Positions 23,547-31,155 of a DNA stretch of 31,155 nucleotides are shown in pieces. Each line of letters opens with the position of its first letter. Positions within the stretch are counted from its first letter, which is position 1. A model generated the notes under the pieces. It had not been told where the DNA came from, ran no database searches, and saw nothing but the letters and a program-made list of their open reading frames with translations. A program made the position numbers and the translations under genes. The stretch covers positions 1-31,155 of IMG/VR virus record IMGVR_UViG_3300020440_000048. The stretch is one strand, 5' to 3'. This DNA is from a virus. Lineage: Duplodnaviria; Caudoviricetes.

Positions 23547-24417
23547 CGCAATAAGACAAGAACAACTAACAGAAGAATATCTGGAAGAAAAACAAATTAT
23601 TGTAGGCAAAGGAAAGAACTATAATAATATTATTTTTCTTGCTGGTGGAGCTGGTTCTGGTAAAGGGTTTGCAATAAAAAATTTCCTTCAAGGAGAGAAA
23701 TATCGTGTGCGTGATGTGGATGAGTGGAAACGTCTTGTAATGAAAATCCACAAATTAAAAAGGTCAGATTCAAATTTAAAAAATCTAAATCTAAGAAACC
23801 CAGATGATGTTTTTACTCTACATCAATATGTAGAGAAATTAGGAATAAAAGATAAAACACTCTCTGGAATGTTGAAAGGAATATCGGGAGATAGTAGACC
23901 TAATATTCTATTTGATATAACTCTTAAAAATCTCAACAACATTGCAATGTCATTGCCTGGATTGTTAGAAGTTGGATACCAACCAAAGAATATACATTTG
24001 ATTTGGGTTCTAACTGATTATGCAGTTGCAGTAAAACAGAATAAATCTAGAGATAGGGTTGTTCCAGATGATATCCTTTTGAAAACCCACGAAGGAGCTG
24101 CAAATACAATGATGCAAATTATTAGTAAAGGATTGCCAAATGGAATGGATGGTGCGTTACATGTTATCCTTGGTGGAAAAGAGCATACGGTTGTATATGC
24201 TGGTTCTGATGGAAAGCCTCTTACGGACAAGAGGGGTGAAGTTGTCGTAAAAGACTTCACTTACTTTACACTCAAAAAAGAAGGTAGGCCAATGCTCAAG
24301 GATGTTAACAAAGGGCCCGGCGGTACTCTCTCTGGAGATGTCATTAAACAAAAATTGTTTGATATCATTAAAAAGAAAATTCCCAAAGGTAAAACCTTAT
24401 CCCAAATAATGGAATAA
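23533..24417 (+). CDS. P-loop NTPase/kinase (zeta toxin-like fold)
   Basis: IIFLAGGAGSGKG Walker A, ILFDIT, QNKSRDRVVP; GAGG RBS before 23533. Confidence 0.75.
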   Translation: MITFDAIRQEQLTEEYLEEKQIIVGKGKNYNNIIFLAGGAGSGKGFAIKNFLQGEKYRVRDVDEWKRLVMKIHKLKRSDSNLKNLNLRNPDDVFTLHQYVEKLGIKDKTLSGMLKGISGDSRPNILFDITLKNLNNIAMSLPGLLEVGYQPKNIHLIWVLTDYAVAVKQNKSRDRVVPDDILLKTHEGAANTMMQIISKGLPNGMDGALHVILGGKEHTVVYAGSDGKPLTDKRGEVVVKDFTYFTLKKEGRPMLKDVNKGPGGTLSGDVIKQKLFDIIKKKIPKGKTLSQIME

Positions 24418-24419
24418 TT

Positions 24420-24451
24420 GCTTGACTTCAGTTCAAATTTATGTTAGTATT
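24420..24451 (+). promoter_or_regulatory. sigma70-like promoter
   Basis: TTGACT-17 bp-TAGTAT with TG. Confidence 0.7.
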
Positions 24452-24479
24452 ATACTATAATATTTAACTTGGAGAACCT

Positions 24480-25178
24480 ATGTTTGAGCGAATAGACTTT
24501 ATGAATAATGGTTTGGATTGTAAACGTGTTACCGTTGATGGTAATCGGTTCTACCAAACTGAAGATGGTAAAAGATACCCATCCATCACCACCGTAATAG
24601 GATGGTCTGGTAGAGAAAAAATTAAACAATGGCGAGCTCGTGTTGGTGAGAAAAAGGCAAATGCAATCTCAACCCAAGCCGCCCGCCGTGGAACAAAAGT
24701 CCACAAAATGTGTGAAGATTATGTCAACAACAAACCCGATTTTCTAAATGGCCATATGCCTAATGACATAGAAAATTTCACTGCAATCAAACCCGATATT
24801 GATAAGTTAATTGGTGGAGTTTATGCACAAGAATACTTTATGTATTCTGACCATCTTGGTATCGCTGGAACTGCTGACTGTATTGCAATGGTCAATGGTA
24901 AAGCGTCTATAGTTGATTTTAAAACTTCTAAAAAATCGTTAGTCAAAGGTGGATATAAACTTCCAAAGTATTTTGCTCAGTGCGCTGGATACGCAGTTAT
25001 GTTTGAAGAAAGAACTGGTATACCAGTATCACAATTAGTTATCATTGCAGCTGTTGATGAGAAACTTGAAATCTTTGAAAAAGACCAAGCAGAAGTATAT
25101 ATAGAGAAGAGGGATGACTACATAGATAGTCTAAAAGATTTAATTCATAATTATAAGAAAGATAATAATTTACTCTAA
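24480..25178 (+). CDS. PD-(D/E)XK exonuclease
   Basis: YPSITTV, RGTKVH, AGTADCI, IVDFKTS, QCAGYA. Confidence 0.9.
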   Translation: MFERIDFMNNGLDCKRVTVDGNRFYQTEDGKRYPSITTVIGWSGREKIKQWRARVGEKKANAISTQAARRGTKVHKMCEDYVNNKPDFLNGHMPNDIENFTAIKPDIDKLIGGVYAQEYFMYSDHLGIAGTADCIAMVNGKASIVDFKTSKKSLVKGGYKLPKYFAQCAGYAVMFEERTGIPVSQLVIIAAVDEKLEIFEKDQAEVYIEKRDDYIDSLKDLIHNYKKDNNLL

Positions 25179-25375
25179 TGGAATCCACATCAAGTATAAG
25201 TCCAATATCTTCTGTTGCACAGTTGGTTGTAAGAGAGCATGTAGTTCCAAGAGTTTACGAAACTGATGACGGAAAACACAAAGTAGTTAACACTCACTTT
25301 GAAGCATTGTTATATAATAGAAATGGATATTTACAGACGATAACAAATACAAACACAATATCATATATTGTATAG
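25178..25375 (+). CDS. hypothetical protein
   Basis: TAATG coupling. Confidence 0.6.
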   Translation: MESTSSISPISSVAQLVVREHVVPRVYETDDGKHKVVNTHFEALLYNRNGYLQTITNTNTISYIV

Positions 25376-25387
25376 GGAGATACGAAT

Positions 25388-25645
25388 ATGAATCTATTTT
25401 TTTATTGGGCTATGAAAGCTATAGCTGGTAGTCTTTTGGGTAGTGTAACAGTAGAGTGGTTTAGAAAAACAAAGTTAGGGATTTGGTTTTTCAGTAAAGT
25501 ATCAAATATGTATGATTGGGCAGCAGATAGATATAATTTAAAAGTTCTTGATATAGAAGAAGAGTGGAAAAAGAAACATCCAAACATCGCCTTTGATATG
25601 GAACGATTAGAAAAAAGAATAAAAAAACTTGAGGATGATGCATAA
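25388..25645 (+). CDS. hypothetical membrane-associated protein
   Basis: GGAG RBS, 85 aa. Confidence 0.7.
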   Translation: MNLFFYWAMKAIAGSLLGSVTVEWFRKTKLGIWFFSKVSNMYDWAADRYNLKVLDIEEEWKKKHPNIAFDMERLEKRIKKLEDDA

Positions 25646-25686
25646 CGGAATTGTTCAAATGACATAACAGTTTTTGATACTTCCAA

Positions 25687-25694
25687 TATAAATA
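25687..25694 (+). promoter_or_regulatory. T4-type late promoter
   Basis: intergenic TATAAATA. Confidence 0.65.
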
Positions 25695-25730
25695 TTCGTG
25701 AACATCACACAACATACACAGAAAGGATTA

Positions 25731-25967
25731 ATGATGTCAATAATAGATACCCACTCAATAGGCTTTTTCTCTGCCGTAAATAATATAAATGCTTCTGCCC
25801 ATAAATGGTACGTCAAACAAAAAGCAAAAAAACTTCAAAAACAAACTATGAATGAACTGTCAGCATTATCTGATAAGGAACTTAAGGATATTGGAATTTC
25901 TAGAGGAGAAATTTACAGTAAAGCTAAGGATGCTGCTAATAAATATAGAATTAATTTCTGGATTTAA
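25731..25967 (+). CDS. DUF1127 (YjiS-like) small protein
   Basis: TMNELSALSDKELKDIGISRGEI signature; AAGGA RBS. Confidence 0.85.
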   Translation: MMSIIDTHSIGFFSAVNNINASAHKWYVKQKAKKLQKQTMNELSALSDKELKDIGISRGEIYSKAKDAANKYRINFWI

Positions 25968-26060
25968 TAAGTATATTAATAAGGGGTTGTTACCTAATAA
26001 ACACGCTGGGGCCCACGGTTAGGCCCCAATTCACACACAGACACAGGAAAGGAAAAAACT

Positions 26061-26309
26061 ATGTCAAATAAAAATCCATTTGAAATACGACTTGAGGTTC
26101 TTAAAATGGCCCAAGATCAAGCAATTAGAAATCATGAATTTGCAATGGAAACATTTTTTCAAAGCATGACTAATACTGCCGAAGCTTGGAACAAATCTAC
26201 AGAAGAATTGATTGGTCACTTTCAAGACACAAAACCAGTGTTCCCAACACCAGAAGAGGTTTTGCATAAAGCAAAAGAAATGTATTCTTTTGTTTCTAAA
26301 AAAGACTAA
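26061..26309 (+). CDS. conserved phage hypothetical protein
   Basis: NPFEIRLEVLKMA...PTPEEVLHKAKEMYSFV motif; AAGGA RBS. Confidence 0.8.
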   Translation: MSNKNPFEIRLEVLKMAQDQAIRNHEFAMETFFQSMTNTAEAWNKSTEELIGHFQDTKPVFPTPEEVLHKAKEMYSFVSKKD

Positions 26310-26320
26310 TAAAAAATATT

Positions 26321-26351
26321 GCTTGACATATCATTTAATTTGACGTATAAT
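26321..26351 (+). promoter_or_regulatory. sigma70-like promoter
   Basis: TTGACA-17 bp-TATAAT. Confidence 0.85.
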
Positions 26352-26367
26352 GTAAACCATAATTAAA

Positions 26368-26952
26368 ATGGAGCAGTATATGAGAATTTTATCGATAGTC
26401 CTAGCGACTACATTAATGGTTGCACCTATGAGTTCTGTAGGTGCAACTCAACCTTACGATATTTATAGAGTAGATGGAATAAGTCTACAAGAAGAACTTA
26501 CATGTCTTGCCAAGAATATATATTTCGAAGCAAGAAATGAAAGTGCGATGGGACAACTTGCAGTTGCATATGTAACACTAAACAGAGTTGCCCATAAACA
26601 TTTTCCAAGTACAATTTGTGGAGTTGTTGAAGAAGGAATCTACAAAGAGAGTTGGAAAACAAAAGCTACCAAAGACCCATATGATGCAAGGATGATTCCA
26701 GTTAGGAATCGATGCCAATTTTCATGGTGGTGCGATGGTAAAAGCGATAAAGTCATGGATAAAGATGCTTGGGAATTATCAGTTCATATTGGTGCCCATG
26801 CATTGAAAGAGTATGGAACAACACAACACAATGACCCAACAGTGGGAGCTCTTTACTATCATGCAGACTATGTTAAGTCTAAGTTCCACAACCAATTTAG
26901 AAAGACAACAAAAATTGGTACTCATATTTTTTACAAAGACGATAGAGGATGA
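26368..26952 (+). CDS. SleB/Hydrolase_2-family cell wall hydrolase
   Basis: CLAKNIYFEARNE, VTLNRV, FPSTICGVV, CQFSWWCDG, GALYYHADYV, IGTHIFY; start may be 26380. Confidence 0.9.
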   Translation: MEQYMRILSIVLATTLMVAPMSSVGATQPYDIYRVDGISLQEELTCLAKNIYFEARNESAMGQLAVAYVTLNRVAHKHFPSTICGVVEEGIYKESWKTKATKDPYDARMIPVRNRCQFSWWCDGKSDKVMDKDAWELSVHIGAHALKEYGTTQHNDPTVGALYYHADYVKSKFHNQFRKTTKIGTHIFYKDDRG

Positions 26953-26955
26953 TAA

Positions 26956-27180
26956 ATGCTAAATACTAAGAGTCCAAAAGAATTTTCTCAAGAGATCGAG
27001 ACATTCGCAAAGGAAAATAAACTGAAGTATATGGAAGCAATAATAGAGTATTGCGAAAAGACAAATCTAGAACCAGAAGTTGCTGGTTCTCTTTTGTCTC
27101 CAATCTTAAAAAAGAAACTTCAATATGAAGCAGAAAAACTTAATCTTATTCCGAAAACATCTGAAGAATTACCGCTATAA
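26956..27180 (+). CDS. late-promoter transcription coactivator (T4 gp33-like)
   Basis: FSQEIE...YMEAIIEYCE...LKKKLQYEAEKLNL; position upstream of gp59/gp32. Confidence 0.85.
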   Translation: MLNTKSPKEFSQEIETFAKENKLKYMEAIIEYCEKTNLEPEVAGSLLSPILKKKLQYEAEKLNLIPKTSEELPL

Positions 27181-27872
27181 TGCGAGTTATAATGTCTGGT
27201 AAAAAGATAGATGAATTGGATGCTTATAAAATCTATGTCGCAATGAAATCTCATTTTCAAGGCGAATATGATTATAAAAAGTTTAAAGGAAAGACTAGAG
27301 TTAATAGGGAGTCTTTTAATAAAAGAAAAGACCAAGAAACTTTTACTGAACTTTCTAGAAGGTTTGATAAGAAAAGTTTAGAAGAATATTTGCTAGCAAC
27401 TTTTCTAAATATTACCACAAATGGAAATCTTGCTCTGGCAAGAAATGAATTTATGTGGACGGGCAATCTTTTGGACGAAGAAACCTTCAGTGCATTTAAA
27501 GATTGGAAGAAGAGGATACAAAGTATTTCATACATTTTTTCTGAGGATACCAAAAAATTATTAGAGGCAACAATCTTCAATGAATTAACTTTTAATGAAA
27601 GTTTAAGATCTGTTAATTCAGAATATCCTTTGATAATGCAATTGGAAAATAGAGGGGATATATCGCTAGAGACACTTGTTATATTTGACAAGATATTTAA
27701 TTTTTTAGATAAAGTTAAAATCAATGATACAGTATATTGGCCTCTGTATAAAACGAAGTGTAAAAAATACTCTACATTTTTAGATATAAATATAAATTAC
27801 TACACTGAAAAAATCAAAGAAATTATGTTTAATGATTTCTATGATGATTTTGGAAAACATTTAGAAAGGTAA
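27180..27872 (+). CDS. helicase loader (T4 gp59-like)
   Basis: AYKIYVAMKSHF..YDYKKFKGK, FNKRKD, ISLETLVI; synteny. Confidence 0.88.
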   Translation: MRVIMSGKKIDELDAYKIYVAMKSHFQGEYDYKKFKGKTRVNRESFNKRKDQETFTELSRRFDKKSLEEYLLATFLNITTNGNLALARNEFMWTGNLLDEETFSAFKDWKKRIQSISYIFSEDTKKLLEATIFNELTFNESLRSVNSEYPLIMQLENRGDISLETLVIFDKIFNFLDKVKINDTVYWPLYKTKCKKYSTFLDININYYTEKIKEIMFNDFYDDFGKHLER

Positions 27873-27875
27873 TTT

Positions 27876-28877
27876 ATGATTGAAATTATAATTACGTTGA
27901 TTTCAGCGTTATCTATAAGTGGTGTGGCTGCATATTATTCTATCTTTGGGTTATCAAAAATATTTGCAGCTGCAACTGTCCCTATTATTATAATGGGAAC
28001 AGTATTAGAAGTTGGTAAACTCATTACTGCTTCGTGGTTATATAGAAACTGGAAAACAACGAATATATTACTAAAGACCTATTTGACAACAGCCTGCGTT
28101 GTATTGATGCTGATAACGTCTATGGGTATATTTGGGTTTCTATCTTCTGCACATATTGAACAGTCTGTGGGTGCAGACCAGAACGTGGCTAAGATAGAAA
28201 GACTACAACAACAAATAACATATAATGAAACACAGATTGAAAAATATCAAGACTCTATAATATCTTCTACAAGAGATTTAGATTTATTAAACAAGTATCT
28301 TGCAGAAGGTAATATAGAATTAGTTCAAGGATTAGTTGGAGTTCCAGTTGATGGAAGATATGGAAAAAATACTGCACAGAAAGTAGATGAATTTAGAACT
28401 AAAGCTGAAGAAAAATATGATGAGTCAAGAGTAGAAAATTGGCATAATCTTATACGAGATTCGGAGATAGAAATACAAAGTCTATCTAAAGAGAAATTCC
28501 AACTTGAAGCTGACTATAGAATATTAGAAGCAGAGTTTGGGCCAATAAAATATATTGCTGAATTATTTCACGATGTTGAGGATGATGGTAATATATTAGA
28601 CGAAGTAGTTAGATGGGTCATCGTGGCAATTGTTTTTGTTTTTGACCCACTTGCAGTATTACTAGTTATAGCTGCGAATATAAGTTTAGACAAATGGTCT
28701 AGAGATAGAAAAAAACTTAAACCTTTATTAGAAGAAGAGGAGACATATGCATATGATGAACCTTCTTCAGTAGACCACATTCTCATGAAAACTAATGATG
28801 GTTGGAAGAGAATGAAAAAGGTGAAAGTCCCAACAACCACAACTAAAGAAGAGGAAGAACTTGGCAAAACAGATTAA
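27876..28877 (+). CDS. membrane-anchored coiled-coil protein
   Basis: three N-terminal TM helices, coiled coil with a VDGRYG PG-binding-like motif, C-terminal TM VFDPLAV. Confidence 0.8.
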   Translation: MIEIIITLISALSISGVAAYYSIFGLSKIFAAATVPIIIMGTVLEVGKLITASWLYRNWKTTNILLKTYLTTACVVLMLITSMGIFGFLSSAHIEQSVGADQNVAKIERLQQQITYNETQIEKYQDSIISSTRDLDLLNKYLAEGNIELVQGLVGVPVDGRYGKNTAQKVDEFRTKAEEKYDESRVENWHNLIRDSEIEIQSLSKEKFQLEADYRILEAEFGPIKYIAELFHDVEDDGNILDEVVRWVIVAIVFVFDPLAVLLVIAANISLDKWSRDRKKLKPLLEEEETYAYDEPSSVDHILMKTNDGWKRMKKVKVPTTTTKEEEELGKTD

Positions 28878-29004
28878 AAAATTCGTAAGTGTTCACGAAC
28901 CACAACACAAGAACACATCTATAGGCGATGGTAAAGTAAAAACATCATCTATGAATAAGTCTAAAAAAAGAAGTTATAAAAAATATCGAGGCCAAGGAAA
29001 ATAA
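28861..29004 (+). CDS. 47-aa basic protein (not in the ORF track)
   Basis: GAGG RBS, TTG start; ...TSSMNKSKKRSYKKYRGQGK, a tail typical of small T4-like phage proteins. Confidence 0.7.
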   Translation: MAKQIKKFVSVHEPQHKNTSIGDGKVKTSSMNKSKKRSYKKYRGQGK

Positions 29005-29005
29005 T

Positions 29006-29036
29006 GCTTGACATTCATTATAAATAGTGGTATGAT
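29006..29036 (+). promoter_or_regulatory. overlapping sigma70-like and T4 late promoters for gene 32
   Basis: TTGACA-17 bp-TATGAT with TATAAATA (29019-29026) inside the spacer. Confidence 0.75.
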
Positions 29037-29120
29037 GGTATTTATATTATGTAAGTGATGACTATACATAATGGTAACGAATATAACGAATAAACCGTAT
29101 ATAAAACATAGGAGAAAAAT

Positions 29121-30068
29121 ATGTCTTTTGCATCGTTAAAAAAGAACCGTGGTAATTTTGCCAAGTTAACTGAACAGCTTGAAGCAACAGTATCACCCCA
29201 AAAAAATTCATCCAATAGAGATGATAGATTTTGGAAACCTCAAACCGACAAATCTGGAAATGGGTATGCACTCATTAGATTCTTGCCTCCAAGTGAAGGT
29301 GAGGAACTACCTTGGGCTCGTGTATTCAATCATGGATTTAAGGGGCCAGGCGGATGGTTGATTGAGAACTGTCCTACGACTATCGGTAAACCATGTCCAG
29401 TATGTGAAGAGAATACTAGACTGTGGAATACTGGTGATAAGGACAATCAAAATATTGTTCGTGAACGAAAGCGTAAGTTGAAGTATATCTCCAACATTTA
29501 CGTTGTAAATGACCCATCAAACCCAGAGAATAATGGACAAGTATTTCTTTATTCTTATGGAAAGAAAATCTTTGATAAACTCAATGATTTGATGCGTCCA
29601 GAGTTCGCTGACGAACAAGAAGTAAATCCTTTTGATTTATGGGAAGGTGCAAACTTCAAACTTAAAATTCGTCAAGTAGAAGGTTATACCAACTACGACA
29701 AATCAGAGTTTGAAGGTGTTTCTGCACTATCAGATGATGATAGTCAATTGGAAACAATCTACAACAAACAGTACTCTCTTGAAGAGTTTACTGCACCAGA
29801 GGCTTTCAAGTCTTATGAACAAATTCAAGAACGTCTTAATAAAGTCTTGGGTTCTGTACAGATGACTCGTACAGCTGATGAGGATTTTGCTCCAGTGATT
29901 GACGAAACCCCACCCCCAGCACCATCAAGAACAGCTGAGGCGCCAACTTTCGCAAAGAAAGAAGTACCTACCCCTACTCCAGTAGCAGTAGATGCCATAA
30001 CTGAGACCGAATTAGATGGTGTGGATGCAGATGATTTATCATATTTTGAAAAACTCGCAAATGAGTAA
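29121..30068 (+). CDS. single-stranded DNA-binding protein (T4 gp32-like)
   Basis: DDRFWKP..DKSGNGYALIRFLP, ENCPTTIGKPCPVC, NPFDLWEGANFKLKIR, acidic tail. Confidence 0.95.
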   Translation: MSFASLKKNRGNFAKLTEQLEATVSPQKNSSNRDDRFWKPQTDKSGNGYALIRFLPPSEGEELPWARVFNHGFKGPGGWLIENCPTTIGKPCPVCEENTRLWNTGDKDNQNIVRERKRKLKYISNIYVVNDPSNPENNGQVFLYSYGKKIFDKLNDLMRPEFADEQEVNPFDLWEGANFKLKIRQVEGYTNYDKSEFEGVSALSDDDSQLETIYNKQYSLEEFTAPEAFKSYEQIQERLNKVLGSVQMTRTADEDFAPVIDETPPPAPSRTAEAPTFAKKEVPTPTPVAVDAITETELDGVDADDLSYFEKLANE

Positions 30069-30090
30069 TTTATTATTCAGATAAATCTTA

Positions 30091-30119
30091 AAGGGGAGTC
30101 TTCGGACTCCCCTTTTTTT
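30091..30119 (+). terminator. intrinsic terminator with UUCG loop
   Basis: AAGGGGAGTC-TTCG-GACTCCCCTT followed by a T-run. Confidence 0.92.
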
Positions 30120-30126
30120 ATAAATA
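30119..30126 (+). promoter_or_regulatory. T4-type late promoter
   Basis: TATAAATA directly after the terminator. Confidence 0.7.
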
Positions 30127-30178
30127 GTATATGTCCATATCCTTGGACACCATAAGTCATGGTTGAAAAGACTACACT

Positions 30179-30230
30179 CGTTCATTCACTTTACAGTGAA
30201 CGGAAGTAGGCAATTCTGCTGAAGGAACGC
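30179..30230 (+). ncRNA. Downstream-peptide / glutamine-II riboswitch aptamer
   Basis: CGTTC-AT-[TCACT/AGTGA]-ACGGAAGTAG-[GCA/TGC]-TGAAG-GAACG matches my recollection of the motif; a YRG peptide follows. Confidence 0.85.
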
Positions 30231-30258
30231 ATCTCTACGACTATCAAGGAGATGTCTT

Positions 30259-30429
30259 ATGACTATCAAGCAATACAGAGGCGTTACATACACTGCTAAA
30301 ACCATAGAAGAGGTTTCTAATCCTCAATCTTTATGCTATCGTGGTGTTAAATATAATTCTACAGATATTAATCACAATACTCCAGTAGCTAAATCTGGAA
30401 TATATCGTGGGTTTAAATGGTCTGTGTGA
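30259..30429 (+). CDS. DUF4278-like 56-aa peptide with three YRG repeats (not in the ORF track)
   Basis: AAGGAG RBS; MTIKQYRGVTY...LCYRGVKY...GIYRGFKWSV. Confidence 0.85.
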   Translation: MTIKQYRGVTYTAKTIEEVSNPQSLCYRGVKYNSTDINHNTPVAKSGIYRGFKWSV

Positions 30430-30438
30430 GGTAGTAAT

Positions 30439-30465
30439 AGGGGGGATTAACTTCCCCCTTTTTTT
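30439..30465 (+). terminator. intrinsic terminator between convergent genes
   Basis: GGGGGA/TCCCCC stem followed by a T-run. Confidence 0.8.
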
Positions 30466-30472
30466 ATAAAAA

Positions 30473-30661
30473 CTATTCTATATCGATGAATATCCTATAC
30501 AGACCATAGGCTATCATTGCAACTGCAATCCATGTTGCTACAGACTTAAATACGAGAATGGCTGCTCCTCCCAATAATAATCCAGTTCCATCCAATGATG
30601 ACCTAGATGCAATTAGGTAGTCAATCATATCGATTGATTTTTTAAACATATTCTTAATCAT
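30473..30661 (-). CDS. small membrane protein
   Basis: AAGGAG RBS on the minus strand, two hydrophobic segments. Confidence 0.7.
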   Translation of the reverse strand: MIKNMFKKSIDMIDYLIASRSSLDGTGLLLGGAAILVFKSVATWIAVAMIAYGLYRIFIDIE

Positions 30662-30805
30662 TTATTTCTCCTTTTTTAGACAATACTAAGCACAGGACAT
30701 CATTGATATTATCAATCATGCCTTTGGATTTTTATCTACTGAACTCAAATGGTTCTCACGAGCATTATGCACACATAATATAAAATATTAGATAAAAACT
30801 ACTTT

Positions 30806-31153
30806 TTAGAATGACCCAGAAAGAGCAGCTTGTGCTTCCCTATAGGATGATTCTTGGTTTCTTAATGGGGTGGCAATAACGGTAGTTTGTTGAGTATTAT
30901 TTACAGTATTTGCTACGTTTGTATTAACTCCAACTGCCGTTGTATTATCTCCACTATCAGCAGGCCCCATTTCTCTTTCTGACATTTGATTCACTGCGGC
31001 TGTTTTAGTTGCAACAGCACTTGTATCAGGTGTTATATTACTTGATGGGGTTACTCCACCCACTGCCTGTATGCCATTAACAGAATCTACGCCATCTGCG
31101 CCAGACGCCCCTGTGGCTCCTGTGGCACCAACTCCTGTTTCTCCATCTGCAGA
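30806..31153 (-). CDS. C-terminus of a larger, probably virion-associated protein (runs off the window)
   Basis: frame open to the window edge; short G-X-Y run (GETGVGATGATGASGADG), Thr/Asn-rich tail. Confidence 0.65.
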   Translation of the reverse strand, partial: SADGETGVGATGATGASGADGVDSVNGIQAVGGVTPSSNITPDTSAVATKTAAVNQMSEREMGPADSGDNTTAVGVNTNVANTVNNTQQTTVIATPLRNQESSYREAQAALSGSF

Positions 31154-31155
31154 AC

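Noticed and set aside
18-29271. Numerous minus-strand and off-frame ORFs in the track
   Set aside because: Shadows of well-supported + strand genes with RBSs and operon coupling
1-31155. Stop-codon reassignment
   Set aside because: Recognisable genes are full length under the standard code, TAA, TAG and TGA all end ORFs, and no suppressor tRNA was seen

Overview
A 31 kb, AT-rich segment of a T4-like myovirus genome, almost all on the + strand. Evidence for the T4-like call is the gp33, gp59 and gp32 homologues, TATAAATA late promoters, and a PhoH/FmdB/exonuclease block. The host is most likely a marine alphaproteobacterium (inferred from the permuted tmRNA with an ANDNF...ALAA tag, a DUF1127 protein, pseudoazurin and GCTTGAC-type promoters). 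About 1-16 kb is an accessory/early region of small ORFs driven by repeated sigma70-like promoters. It contains three tRNAs (Cys, Pro, Arg), MazG-like, guaC, pseudoazurin and psiE genes and several structured non-coding elements. About 16-31 kb carries a fibre-like virion protein, a GH19 endolysin, peptidases, a lipase, PhoH, an exonuclease, a SleB-type hydrolase and the gp33-gp59-gp32 module. The top finding is a circularly permuted two-piece tmRNA gene whose 296-nt intervening segment is almost entirely filled by a 90-codon protein gene. Also notable are two unexplained tRNA-like/CCA-ended RNA candidates, a glutamine-II (Downstream-peptide) riboswitch with a YRG-repeat peptide, and a phased array of MraZ-box-like repeats. 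All calls are from reading the sequence by eye; no database searches or folding programs were run.
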